Source of the DNA: Elusimicrobiota bacterium
Lineage (GTDB): Bacteria > Elusimicrobiota > Elusimicrobia > Elusimicrobiales > UBA9959
Assembly (NCBI GenBank): GCA_026388155.1
Contig: JAPLKI010000025.1
Span: 220,931 to 284,930, forward strand
Direction of reading: 5' to 3'
Length of the DNA stretch: 64,000 bases
Part shown: in pieces, positions 54,655 through 64,000 of the stretch
How positions within the stretch are numbered: position 1 is the stretch's first letter
Layout: each line of letters begins with the position of its first letter
Notes under the pieces: generated by a model
Databases searched by the model: none
Told to the model about the DNA's origin: nothing
What the model saw: only the letters and a program-made list of their open reading frames with translations
Program-made: the position numbers and the translations under genes

Positions 54655-56376
54655 CTACTGCGGGGAATCCTGCACTTTTTTGTCCCCTGATTTTTCAATG
54701 GAAACCGGCTCTGAATGCAGGATTCGGGTTAACAAAGCGCGGGTTTCTTTGTCCGCGGGATCGGCGGAGAGCGCTTTCCCGTAAAACAAGATCGCGCCGG
54801 GCGTATCTTTACGGGAGAGAGCGAGTTTGCCCAGATTGAGGTAAGCGGCGGCATAAGCGCTATCGCACTGCGCCGCCTGGGTATAATATTGCGTTGCTTT
54901 TGCGGTCTCGCCTTTTAGCAGGTAAATATTGCCCATATTATTAAGCGCGGGAGCGTGGCAGGGGCTGATCTTCAGCGTTTGCGCGAAATACTCCTGCGCT
55001 TTGGCGAACTCTTTGTTTCGGGCGTACAGGAAACCTAAATTGTAATAGTTGTCGTCATTTTCCGGATATATCAGTATCGCCTGAGAAAGGCAGACCTCCG
55101 CTTCATTAGTCATATTCGCCTGTATATAGGCGCCGCATAAATTGATGAGCGCGGGGGCCGCCTGCGGCTGTTTTCGCAAAGTATCTCTCCAGAGCGAAAC
55201 GCCGTCTTTCCACACCGCGCAGCGGACCCGTGCCGTTACCGCAAGCGCCAGCACCGCGCTTATCGCGCATATCGCCGTTATGCCCCTATGCGCGGGACCC
55301 AGGCGCCGCCACAGGCGGCGGGCGCATACCGCCCCGATAATAAAAATCCCTATTGAAGCCAAATAGGTGTAGCGGTCGGCGGAAATGATAACCGGACCGA
55401 CCGGGAAGAACTGAAGCACGGGTAAAAGCATGATCGCAAAAAAAGCCGCGCCGAAAATTATCTCTTTGTCCCGGCGGAAATATTTCCACAGCAAAAACAT
55501 TACCGCCAGGGTCCCCGCCGAAAAACAGTACAAAGCCGGTTTTCCCACCGCCGCGAAACCATATATGGCCGAAAGATTGAACGGCCACAGCAGGGTGTAA
55601 ATGTAAAAACCCAGATTATAAAGCGGGGCGACCAGCCGTTTCGCCCCGTGCATGCGGAGACCGCCCGACAGCGACATGGATATGGAGGCGAAGATGGCCG
55701 CGAAAACAAAAAACGGTATTTTATCCAGCCAGCGCCTGAGCCCGATTTTCCCGGATTTAAGATAATCCATCAGAAGCAGCGTCACCGGCAATGTTACCGC
55801 CATTGATTTGGATAACAGCGCGCAGAGAAAAAGAGCCAACGATAGGAACCAGGTCTTTGCCCCCCTGAGCCGCAAAGCGTAGGACGCAAGCGCGGAGAGA
55901 TAAAAAAACGCGTAAAGCACGTCTTTCCTTTCCGCCACCCAGGCCACGGATTCCACATGCGCGGGATGTATGCCGAATAAAAGAGCCGTAAAAAATGCCA
56001 TCCATGCGCCGCCGAATAAAAGCCTCACCAGGAACATTACAAGCGCGGTATCGGCCAAATGCAGAAAAAGGCTGGTCGCGTGATAAATTCTGGGGTTAAG
56101 CCCCGCGAAATGATACTCCAGCGCATAGCTGAGAGTGGACAGCGGTGAATACATTCCAAGGTCCGGCGTGGAAAAAACAGTTTTTACGCTTTCCCAGGAG
56201 AGCGTTTTAATTTTGGGGTTCTGGATTATATATTGGGTCTCATCCCAATTGATAAAACCGTTGTTAAGGCAGGGACTCATCGCGATCCAGGTAAATAATA
56301 GCGCCAAAAAAAGCAGGGGGATAAACAGCTCCATTCCCCGGATACCTGGCGTAAATAGTTTTTCTTCCTGTTTCAT
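54655..56376 (-). CDS. TMTC-like GT-C membrane glycosyltransferase with C-terminal TPRs
   Basis: FINWDE, YSPL, HPAHVESVAWVAERKD, ALLSK, ADRYTYL, WKDGVSLW, TPRs. Confidence 0.85.
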   Translation of the reverse strand: MKQEEKLFTPGIRGMELFIPLLFLALLFTWIAMSPCLNNGFINWDETQYIIQNPKIKTLSWESVKTVFSTPDLGMYSPLSTLSYALEYHFAGLNPRIYHATSLFLHLADTALVMFLVRLLFGGAWMAFFTALLFGIHPAHVESVAWVAERKDVLYAFFYLSALASYALRLRGAKTWFLSLALFLCALLSKSMAVTLPVTLLLMDYLKSGKIGLRRWLDKIPFFVFAAIFASISMSLSGGLRMHGAKRLVAPLYNLGFYIYTLLWPFNLSAIYGFAAVGKPALYCFSAGTLAVMFLLWKYFRRDKEIIFGAAFFAIMLLPVLQFFPVGPVIISADRYTYLASIGIFIIGAVCARRLWRRLGPAHRGITAICAISAVLALAVTARVRCAVWKDGVSLWRDTLRKQPQAAPALINLCGAYIQANMTNEAEVCLSQAILIYPENDDNYYNLGFLYARNKEFAKAQEYFAQTLKISPCHAPALNNMGNIYLLKGETAKATQYYTQAAQCDSAYAAAYLNLGKLALSRKDTPGAILFYGKALSADPADKETRALLTRILHSEPVSIEKSGDKKVQDSPQ

Positions 56377-56400
56377 ATTATATCTTCGTCCGTTTACGGC

Positions 56401-59400
56401 TCAGCCCGCGCGGATGATCCTTCCGCCCTTTTTTCCGGCACCGGGCCCTATTTTGATGATCCTGTCGGCGGCGCGCGTCAGCATCGGCTCATGAGTGATG
56501 CAAAGGATGCTGCCGCCCTCACCGATAATTTCCTCGAACAGCGCCAGGAGCCTTGAAATATCTTTATAATGCAGCCCGCCCGTAGGCTCGTCGAGAAGAT
56601 ACAGGGTATGCCTTCCTTTTCCCTCCGCCATCCCCGCGGCAAGTTTCAATCGCTGCAATTCGCCGGCCGATAAGGTGTGTATGGGCTGCCCCGCGGATAA
56701 GTAATCCAATCCCGTCTTTTCAGCCAGAGCGATTATTTGCAGCACCTTCTCCCTGTTTTTCCCCTTAAGATGTTTTTCAAGGAACAAATGCAGCCCGCTA
56801 AAAGACATTTTCAGCAGTTCCATGATGGAAACGCCGTCAATTTGCGCCGCCCGGATCTCCGGCCTGTAACGCGAGCCATGGCAGGTTTCGCACAGAACCC
56901 GGGCATCGCTCCAGTAATCCATGCTGACCTCATGAAAACCTGAGCCATGGCAGTCCGGGCACCGCCCGTCCCTGGATAAAAAAGAAAAATGACCGGCTTT
57001 CCATTTATTTTTCTTCGCCGCTTCGCAATCCGAGAACATATCGCGCAAAGGTTCAAATATGCCCAGGAAAGTTGCGGGAATGCCGGAATAAGATACCGCC
57101 GGGATATCCTGTTCCACCATCACCATATGGTTAAGCGCTCCGGTAATCCTGAATTCCGCGCAATTGACAGGATTACCTTTCCTCCAGGAAGCGCTGATAA
57201 CTTCGCTCACCAGGCTTGTTTTCCCGCTGCCGCTGACGCCGGTGACGGCAATAAGTCCTCCGCCCGGAATATCCACATCCGCGCGGACAAGATTGTTAGC
57301 AAAGGCTCCGCGTACCTCAAGCCCGGGCTGCAGGACCCGTTTTCTTTTGCCGGCAAAATCCGCATGTTCTTTCGCGCTGATAAAAGTTTCAGGATTCCCG
57401 TCGGCAATTATCTTTCCGCCTTCCGTGCCGCCTGCAGGCCCTAATTCGATCACCCTGTCTGAAATGGCAAGCATGGCGGACGATTGTTCCACCATAAGCA
57501 CGGTGTTGCCGCTGTCACGCAGCCCCTCTACGATCCCGCTCATTCTTGCCGCGTCAGAAGCGTGCAACCCGAAAGAAGGCTCATCGAGCATATATGTAAT
57601 ACCGGTCAGGCCGGAATGTATCTGCGTGGCTATCTGCAGCCGCTGAAACTCCCCGCCTGACAGTGTGGAGATAAGCCTTGCGGGCGAGAGATAATCGAGC
57701 CCTGCCTGCGTCAGTGATTCCAGTTTACGAAGTATTTCGGCGGCCAAAGGATCCAGAACGGCCTTTTTTGAGGCTTCCCGCAAATGAATATCCGCTGTGG
57801 TCTTCTCTTTGAAGAAAGAGACCAGTTCCGATACTTCAAGCTGAGAAAGCCCTGCGATATCCAGTCCCGCGAGCGTCACCAGCAAAGGCCTTTCCTTAAG
57901 CCGCTTTCCCTTACAGGAAGGACAGTTATCGTGCTTCATCAGCGCCAGCATCGCTTCGCCCCGGTAGTCGGAGTGTTTTCGCGCGTATTCTTCTTCAACC
58001 AGGACGGCGAAACCTTTCCATTGCCCCTTAAAGGTATGCACACCTTCGCGGCTGCCGCGTTTGTAACTCCATTTTACTTCAAGCGTATGGCCGGGAAAGC
58101 CGCGCATGGCTGTTTGCTTCTCCGTCGGAGTCAGCTCCTGCCACGGTTTGCTGAAATCAATTCCCGAAAGCTCGCCCGCCGCGCGGAGAGCGGCCGTATA
58201 CTGGCCATGCTGCTCGCCGTAGAACTTTCCCGTTTTAGTGCCGTCAAGCGCCCCGGCGGTCAGGGGCAATTGCGGGTGAGTCACTAATTTTTCCTGATCG
58301 CAGACCGTAATATATCCCATGCCGCCGCAAGCGGGGCACGCGCCCTCTTCGCTGTTAAAGGAAAAAACGCTTGATAAAAGCGGCTCCATTCCCGCCGGAT
58401 ATTTACCCGCGCGGCTGTATAAAAGACGCAATAAGTCATATAAGCCGGTATAAGTGCCTACTGTTGAGCGGGGAGTATTGGTTGAAGCTTTTCTTCTGAC
58501 AGCCACCGCGGGTGTCAGCCCCGAAACAGATTCCACCAGAGGATCGCCGGTTTTGCCGATAAACTGGCGGATATAGGAAGACAGTCCGTCGCTGAATCTG
58601 CGCTGGCTTTCGGCATAAAACGTATCAAATACCAGCGATGATTTCCCGCTGCCGGAAACGCCGGTAACCGCCGTAATACTGTTTAACGCCACGGAAAGGT
58701 CGAAGCCCTTCAGATTATTCGTGGTTATGCCGCGAAGACTGATAGGAGCGGAAGCGCTCTTTTCCATTACGCCAGGCGCCGCCTGAGAGCGGCTGGCGCC
58801 CGCCGCTTTACCCGAAACATGCTTTTTCAGTTCACTGCCTGTAACGCTTGTTTCGCATTCAAGAAGTAAAGAGGGAGCGCCAGAAAAGACCAGATTTCCG
58901 CCTTCCTCGCCGCTGCCGGGCCCCAGGTCAATAACCCGGTCGGCGGAAAGGATAAAGTCCTGGTGATGTTCTACGGCAAGAATGGTATGTCCTTTCCCGG
59001 TAAGTTTGCGCAAAGCCGCGATCAAGACGCGCACATCGGCCAGATGAAGGCCGGTGGTGGGCTCGTCCAATATATAGAGTATATTCCCGGAGCTGGTTTT
59101 TGAAAGTTCGGTCGCCAGTTTTACCCGCTGGGCCTCGCCCCCCGAAAGCGTTGTGCTCGGCTGACCCAGCTTTAAATAACCCAGCCCGAGCCCTATCATT
59201 GTCCGGGTTATGCGGGTGATCTTATCATGGCCTTTGAAAAAATTGTCCGCGTCGGTAACCGACAACTCCTGGATATCGGCGACGGATTTGCCGTTCCACA
59301 GTATTTCCAGCGTTTCTTTGGTGAACCGTTTCCCTTCGCAGACTTCGCAGGGAACGTCGATATTTCCGAGAAAATGCATTCCTATCTGCTGTACGCCCGC

Positions 59401-61224
59401 CCCCCCGCAGGTCTCGCACCGGCCGCCCTTCACCACGAAAGAAAACTGTCCTTTTTTATAGCCGCGCTGTTTTGACTGCGGCAGCGCCGCGAACAAGTCG
59501 CGGATATGATCGGACATCCCGGTATAGGTGGACGGGTTGCTGTTAGGCGTGCGGCCAATGGGAGATTGGTCAATATGGATTATCCGCTTAAACGGGTTAA
59601 CGGCGGGGTCTTTTTTACCGGACAACTGCTCCAGCAGGTCTTCCACAAGGCTCGACTTGCCGCTTCCGGAAACGCCGGTGATAACATTGAACTTTCCTGC
59701 GGCAAATCTGGCGCTAAAACCTTTAAGATTGTTTTTTGCGGCATTATCAACGCCGAAAAGCCGCGCGCTTCCTCTTTCGCCGCTGTTTACTTTTTCATGT
59801 GAATAATCAAATTTTTCATTCCCTTTAAGAAAATCAAGCGTCCGGCTCCCCGGTGTATCGCCGCCCAGGAACTCTTCATAAGGGCCGCTGAACAGAACTT
59901 CTCCCCCGGCTTCACCCGGCCCCGGGCCGAGCTCGATTATCCAGTCCGCGGAACGGATAGTCTGCTCGTCATGTTCAACCGCGATAACCGTATTGCCGTT
60001 CTTTACAAGACCGCGCATCAGTTCCAACAGCCGCCGGTGATCCGAAGGATGCAGCCCCGCGCTGGGCTCGTCCAGCACATAAAGCACGTTGCGCAGACCG
60101 GTTACCGCCTGGTTCGCCAGCCTTATGCGCTGCGCTTCCCCGCCTGAAAGCGTTGTGGATTCGCGCTCGAGAGCGAGATAGCCAAGCCCGAGCTGCTCAA
60201 GCATCCGGCTGCGCTTTAAAATAAGTTCCCGGACAGGTTCCGCGACCGCGGCTTCTTTTCCCTCCAGTACAAGTTTTTCAAAAAAACGCTGAAGCTGTTT
60301 CAGGCTCATGGCGGAAAACCCGGCGATATTCGATCCCCATAATTTATATGAAAGCGCTTCCGGGTTAAGCCGTTTTCCCCCGCAATGCGGGCAGGCGAAC
60401 GAACGCACAAATCGGAGAATATTCGGATTGCGGTCGCGCTTCAGTATCTCGTCCATTATCGGGATAATGCCCCTGTAACAGCCTTCCTGGCGGGGACGCG
60501 CCGTCATGCCCGTCCAACGCATCCGTGACTCCAGGGTATGTTTGCCGAATGGAATGGTTATTTTATCGGAACCGTAAAGCACCACGTTTTTCTGGTATTC
60601 GCCGAGGTCCTTCCAGGGGATATCCACGGAAAACCCTTCGGAGCGGCACACCTGGTCGAGCACGTCTATCGTCACCTGCGAATATATAATATAGCCGTTC
60701 GGGGTCGATAACGCCGACGCCCCCTCGCGCAATGTTTTTGAAGCGTCGCCGATGATGAGCGCCGGGTCTATCCTGTCTTCCACGCCCAGGCCTTTACAGT
60801 GCGGACAATAGCCCGACGGCGAATTAAAAGAAAACAGGCTGCGCTCGGGTTTTGTTTTCACTCCGGGAGAAACGGCGAGCCGGGCGAACAGCAGGCGCAG
60901 GTAATCATAGATTTCGGTAAGCGTTCCGACCGTGGACCGGGGATTGCGCAGCGCCGTCTGCTGGTTCACCGCGATAACAGGGAACAGGCCGCTTATCGCA
61001 TCGGCTTTGGGTTTGCGCAGTTTTTTATCAGGGTTTCTGCTTCCCGAAAGAAAATTTTCCAAAAACAGCCGCTGGCCTTCGCGGCAGAGGACATCATATA
61101 CCAGGCTTGATTTCCCGCTGCCCGACACGCCGGTCACGACTATCAGCCGGTAATGCGGGATTTCAAGAGAAACCTGTCTAAGGTTGTTTTCAGCGGCGCC
61201 GGATATTATGATTTTAGGATTCAT
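56401..61224 (-). CDS. uvrA: Double-length UvrA-family ATPase (four nucleotide-binding domains)
   Basis: Four GVSGSGK[ST] Walker A motifs, four LS[GA]GE signatures, four LDEP motifs, FSFNS and CxxC zinc fingers. Confidence 0.88.
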   Translation of the reverse strand: MNPKIIISGAAENNLRQVSLEIPHYRLIVVTGVSGSGKSSLVYDVLCREGQRLFLENFLSGSRNPDKKLRKPKADAISGLFPVIAVNQQTALRNPRSTVGTLTEIYDYLRLLFARLAVSPGVKTKPERSLFSFNSPSGYCPHCKGLGVEDRIDPALIIGDASKTLREGASALSTPNGYIIYSQVTIDVLDQVCRSEGFSVDIPWKDLGEYQKNVVLYGSDKITIPFGKHTLESRMRWTGMTARPRQEGCYRGIIPIMDEILKRDRNPNILRFVRSFACPHCGGKRLNPEALSYKLWGSNIAGFSAMSLKQLQRFFEKLVLEGKEAAVAEPVRELILKRSRMLEQLGLGYLALERESTTLSGGEAQRIRLANQAVTGLRNVLYVLDEPSAGLHPSDHRRLLELMRGLVKNGNTVIAVEHDEQTIRSADWIIELGPGPGEAGGEVLFSGPYEEFLGGDTPGSRTLDFLKGNEKFDYSHEKVNSGERGSARLFGVDNAAKNNLKGFSARFAAGKFNVITGVSGSGKSSLVEDLLEQLSGKKDPAVNPFKRIIHIDQSPIGRTPNSNPSTYTGMSDHIRDLFAALPQSKQRGYKKGQFSFVVKGGRCETCGGAGVQQIGMHFLGNIDVPCEVCEGKRFTKETLEILWNGKSVADIQELSVTDADNFFKGHDKITRITRTMIGLGLGYLKLGQPSTTLSGGEAQRVKLATELSKTSSGNILYILDEPTTGLHLADVRVLIAALRKLTGKGHTILAVEHHQDFILSADRVIDLGPGSGEEGGNLVFSGAPSLLLECETSVTGSELKKHVSGKAAGASRSQAAPGVMEKSASAPISLRGITTNNLKGFDLSVALNSITAVTGVSGSGKSSLVFDTFYAESQRRFSDGLSSYIRQFIGKTGDPLVESVSGLTPAVAVRRKASTNTPRSTVGTYTGLYDLLRLLYSRAGKYPAGMEPLLSSVFSFNSEEGACPACGGMGYITVCDQEKLVTHPQLPLTAGALDGTKTGKFYGEQHGQYTAALRAAGELSGIDFSKPWQELTPTEKQTAMRGFPGHTLEVKWSYKRGSREGVHTFKGQWKGFAVLVEEEYARKHSDYRGEAMLALMKHDNCPSCKGKRLKERPLLVTLAGLDIAGLSQLEVSELVSFFKEKTTADIHLREASKKAVLDPLAAEILRKLESLTQAGLDYLSPARLISTLSGGEFQRLQIATQIHSGLTGITYMLDEPSFGLHASDAARMSGIVEGLRDSGNTVLMVEQSSAMLAISDRVIELGPAGGTEGGKIIADGNPETFISAKEHADFAGKRKRVLQPGLEVRGAFANNLVRADVDIPGGGLIAVTGVSGSGKTSLVSEVISASWRKGNPVNCAEFRITGALNHMVMVEQDIPAVSYSGIPATFLGIFEPLRDMFSDCEAAKKNKWKAGHFSFLSRDGRCPDCHGSGFHEVSMDYWSDARVLCETCHGSRYRPEIRAAQIDGVSIMELLKMSFSGLHLFLEKHLKGKNREKVLQIIALAEKTGLDYLSAGQPIHTLSAGELQRLKLAAGMAEGKGRHTLYLLDEPTGGLHYKDISRLLALFEEIIGEGGSILCITHEPMLTRAADRIIKIGPGAGKKGGRIIRAG

Positions 61225-62738
61225 TCACGGGCATTATTCAGGCGCGGTTCGGCAACCGGGCCGGCGGGCTTATTATCGTTTTTTTCAGGGAAAATATACG
61301 AGAATATCACGGCCATCAGAAAGGCGAATATAAAACTGGTCAGCCTTTCGGAGATCCCGGTGCCTTTCTCAAAAAAAGATTTCCAGATTATTGTGCCGGC
61401 GGTGCCGGATATCAAAGACGCTACAACCCCGGACCTTGATATCTTACCCCAGAACAGGACCAATAACAATGCGGGGCCGATGGACGAGCCGATACCCGAC
61501 CACGCGTAGGAAACCAATCCGAAAACCGAGTCTTTTACCATAAGAGCCATTATAAAAGCCGCGAGTCCCACAAGCAGGGTCATGATCCTGTTAAACCACA
61601 GGGCCGCCTTCGCCGACAACTGCTTTTTCGAGTAATTCCCGTATAAGTCCTGGGTTATGGCGGAGGAACATAGTATGATCTCCGACGACGCTGTGGACAT
61701 CATAGCGGATATCGCGCCCGCAAGCAGCACGCCGGCCACTATCGGGGTGATGAAGTTGTTCACAAGCACGGGGAATATCATTTCAAACCCTTTATTATTC
61801 ACATCGGCGAGTCTCGCCGCGGAGTCGCCGCCTATCAGCCCGCCGTTCACAAAAGCGAACCCCAGCCAGCCTATAAGCAGCGCGCCGCCGTAAGCTATCA
61901 GCGTCCAGGCGGTGGCTGTCCACTTGGCCGTCTTTATGTCTTTTTCATTTCTGACGGCCATCATTCTTATGAGAAGCTGGGGCTGCCCGGTATATCCCAA
62001 AGCCCAGCTTAAACCGCTGATAATTAAAAGCGCCGCGCTCAGCCCGGTTTTCCCGGCGGTAAGCGAGCTGTAGGACAGGCCCGCGTTTTGAATTGCGGCG
62101 GCGACATGAATATTATTTTTTGAAGCGATAAAGAACAGGATCGCCGGCAAAACTATCAGAGAAATTATCATCAGGACGGCCTGGAAAACATCCGTCGCGA
62201 CGACAGTGATAAATCCGCCTATCATGCAGTAAAATACGACTATCAGCGAACCTATGACAGTGCCCCATATAGGATCGATCCCGAAAGTGTCGTACAGCAC
62301 TTTCCCTCCGCCGTAAAACTGCGCTTCGATGTAGAACAACAGGAAGAAAATAATAATAAGAGAAGACAGCGTTCCGATGGTCCTTTCCGCGCCGGGGAAT
62401 CTGTTTGACAGCAGGCTTGTGATGGTCAGCGCCCCGGTTTTTTCGGTTTCAAGCCTGAGCCTGTTGCTCATGGCGAACCAGATAAAAACTATGCCAGCCA
62501 CACAGCCAAGCGCGAACCAGAACGCCTGCATGCCCAGCAGAAAGGCCTCGCCGGTCAGCCCCAGGATCAGCCACGCGGATTCGCCGGTGGCTCTTTCCGA
62601 TAAAGCCAATGAAAGCCCTGAGATCTTTTTGCCGCCCAGAACAAAATCAGAAGCGGTCTCGGACATGCTTGCCGTGAAGAAAGTAATCCCCAGCAGCGCC
62701 GCCAAATAAAGGACGAAAACAATGATCGTTGCGTTCAT
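61221..62738 (-). CDS. putP: Sodium/proline symporter (SSS family)
   Basis: DFVLGGK, SAWLILGLTG, TDVFQ, LGYTGQPQ, SAMMST, VSYAWSGIG. Confidence 0.82.
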   Translation of the reverse strand: MNATIIVFVLYLAALLGITFFTASMSETASDFVLGGKKISGLSLALSERATGESAWLILGLTGEAFLLGMQAFWFALGCVAGIVFIWFAMSNRLRLETEKTGALTITSLLSNRFPGAERTIGTLSSLIIIFFLLFYIEAQFYGGGKVLYDTFGIDPIWGTVIGSLIVVFYCMIGGFITVVATDVFQAVLMIISLIVLPAILFFIASKNNIHVAAAIQNAGLSYSSLTAGKTGLSAALLIISGLSWALGYTGQPQLLIRMMAVRNEKDIKTAKWTATAWTLIAYGGALLIGWLGFAFVNGGLIGGDSAARLADVNNKGFEMIFPVLVNNFITPIVAGVLLAGAISAMMSTASSEIILCSSAITQDLYGNYSKKQLSAKAALWFNRIMTLLVGLAAFIMALMVKDSVFGLVSYAWSGIGSSIGPALLLVLFWGKISRSGVVASLISGTAGTIIWKSFFEKGTGISERLTSFIFAFLMAVIFSYIFPEKNDNKPAGPVAEPRLNNARE

Positions 62739-62897
62739 AAATCCTCCTGAAATTATAATACAAAAAAGGCAAGCGGCGGGGCCATTTTGGGCTCACGCAT
62801 TTTTTCGCTGATAAGCCGGCTGTGTTAAATGGAGGGACCCCGACTTGGCTATCGTGCAATTCTATAACCAAAGCGAAAAAACTCCGGCCGTTTTTTT

Positions 62898-63305
62898 CTA
62901 TAAGAAATTTCCGCGGGCGGGAAAGAAGTGAAAATGGCGCAGCGAGGCGGGCATATGCGAGCCGACGGAACCGATAACCATTACCGCCGCAAGCATACCG
63001 ACGCGGCGCTCCCAAAACACCGGGACCAGCGCCAGAATGACAAGTTTGACCAGCACCATGCCGCCCGCGAGCTGGAAGGCCCAATCAAAACCGGCCCAGA
63101 GTTCCAGCGCGATGAGGCCGGCGCCTGAAAAAATCGCCCAGTACAGACAGGGCATAAGCTCGGCGCGGGGAAGGCCGAACCAATGTCCCCCGAATAACAC
63201 GGAAAAGCTCAACAGATGAACCGTGCGCAGCGTGATGCGCAAGGCCCGGCTTCCTTTCCACTTCCTTTTCTTGGGAGGAAATAAAATTTTTTCCAGACTT
63301 CCCAT
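62898..63305 (-). CDS. Small hypothetical membrane protein
   Basis: Four hydrophobic segments; RTVHL and SHMP..LRH His motifs. Confidence 0.65.
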   Translation of the reverse strand: MGSLEKILFPPKKRKWKGSRALRITLRTVHLLSFSVLFGGHWFGLPRAELMPCLYWAIFSGAGLIALELWAGFDWAFQLAGGMVLVKLVILALVPVFWERRVGMLAAVMVIGSVGSHMPASLRHFHFFPARGNFL

Positions 63306-63315
63306 ATTTTTTCTT

Positions 63316-63873
63316 TTACCGGTTACTCTTTACCGTCCGCATCCTGGTTTCGTCCATCTTCTTCCATCGGCGCTTGAGCCGCATAAGCACCGGTTTAAGC
63401 TTCATGCGGGTAATGAAGGGCAGCCTGTCCACAAAAAGCACCCCGTCAAGATGGTCCAGCTCATGCTGAACCGCCTTCGCCAAAAGACCCTCAGCGTTTA
63501 TTTCTATAGGCAGGCCTTTTTCGTTCAGCGCCCTGGCCTTAACCCTGGAAAATCTTTTTATCCTGGCGAACAGTCCGGGAAGCGAGAGACAACCCTCTTC
63601 TTCCGTCATGGAACCGGACTTCGCCACCAGTTCCGGATTGATAAGCACTATCTTCAGGTCTTCTTCGTTATCTTTTTTTATTATAATGATCGCGAGCCGC
63701 AGGTCCAAACCTATCTGGTTAGCCGCGAGTCCCGTGCCGTTAACGGCTTCCGCAGTCTCGAACATGTCCTTTAAAATGCCGGGCAGGTCCTTTTTAGCTT
63801 TTTCAAAATTCACTTTCCTGGCGCTTTTTTCAAGTATCTTTTCTCCGTATTTACAGATTCTTCTTATAGCCAT
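63316..63873 (-). CDS. def: Peptide deformylase
   Basis: GTGLAANQIG, EGCLSLP, QHELDHLDG. Confidence 0.97.
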   Translation of the reverse strand: MAIRRICKYGEKILEKSARKVNFEKAKKDLPGILKDMFETAEAVNGTGLAANQIGLDLRLAIIIIKKDNEEDLKIVLINPELVAKSGSMTEEEGCLSLPGLFARIKRFSRVKARALNEKGLPIEINAEGLLAKAVQHELDHLDGVLFVDRLPFITRMKLKPVLMRLKRRWKKMDETRMRTVKSNR

Positions 63874-64000
63874 AATAGACCTCGCTAACGGCCGGAATTG
63901 GATTCACTGAAAATGCCGATCAGATTTATTTTATTTTACTATAAATGCCGCTTTGATAGATTAACCGGGCCGTGATATGATAGATTATGATTCATATGAG

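Overview
Gene-dense bacterial chromosome segment from a diderm, probably anaerobic organism. It encodes Lol, TolC and an outer-membrane beta-barrel, and the gene repertoire is compatible with Elusimicrobiota, though that is inference only. Housekeeping genes: partial glnS, pfkA, lysS, ndk, def, lolC/E-lolD, mcsA-mcsB, murQ, dacB, yajQ. Metabolic modules: purine/pyrimidine catabolism (8-oxoguanine deaminase, fused PreT-PreA-like oxidoreductase, ssnA), histidine utilisation (hutU, hutI, fused FTCD), acyl-CoA dehydrogenase-EtfB-ferredoxin/EtfA, and a MacAB-TolC-like exporter. It also holds two class III cyclases, several response regulators and a double-length UvrA. No rRNA, tRNA, CRISPR array or transposase was seen. 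The most notable signals are non-coding. (1) A family of ~85-bp MITE-like elements with 15-bp terminal inverted repeats and 2-bp flanking direct repeats. The net 87 nt (29 codons) sits in frame inside mcsA, mcsB and macB as well as between genes. (2) Two homologous ~85-nt candidate small RNA genes, each with a sigma70-like promoter at identical spacing, three hairpins and a terminator. (3) Three further short palindromic repeat families, some overlapping coding sequence. (4) Several apparently leaderless genes.
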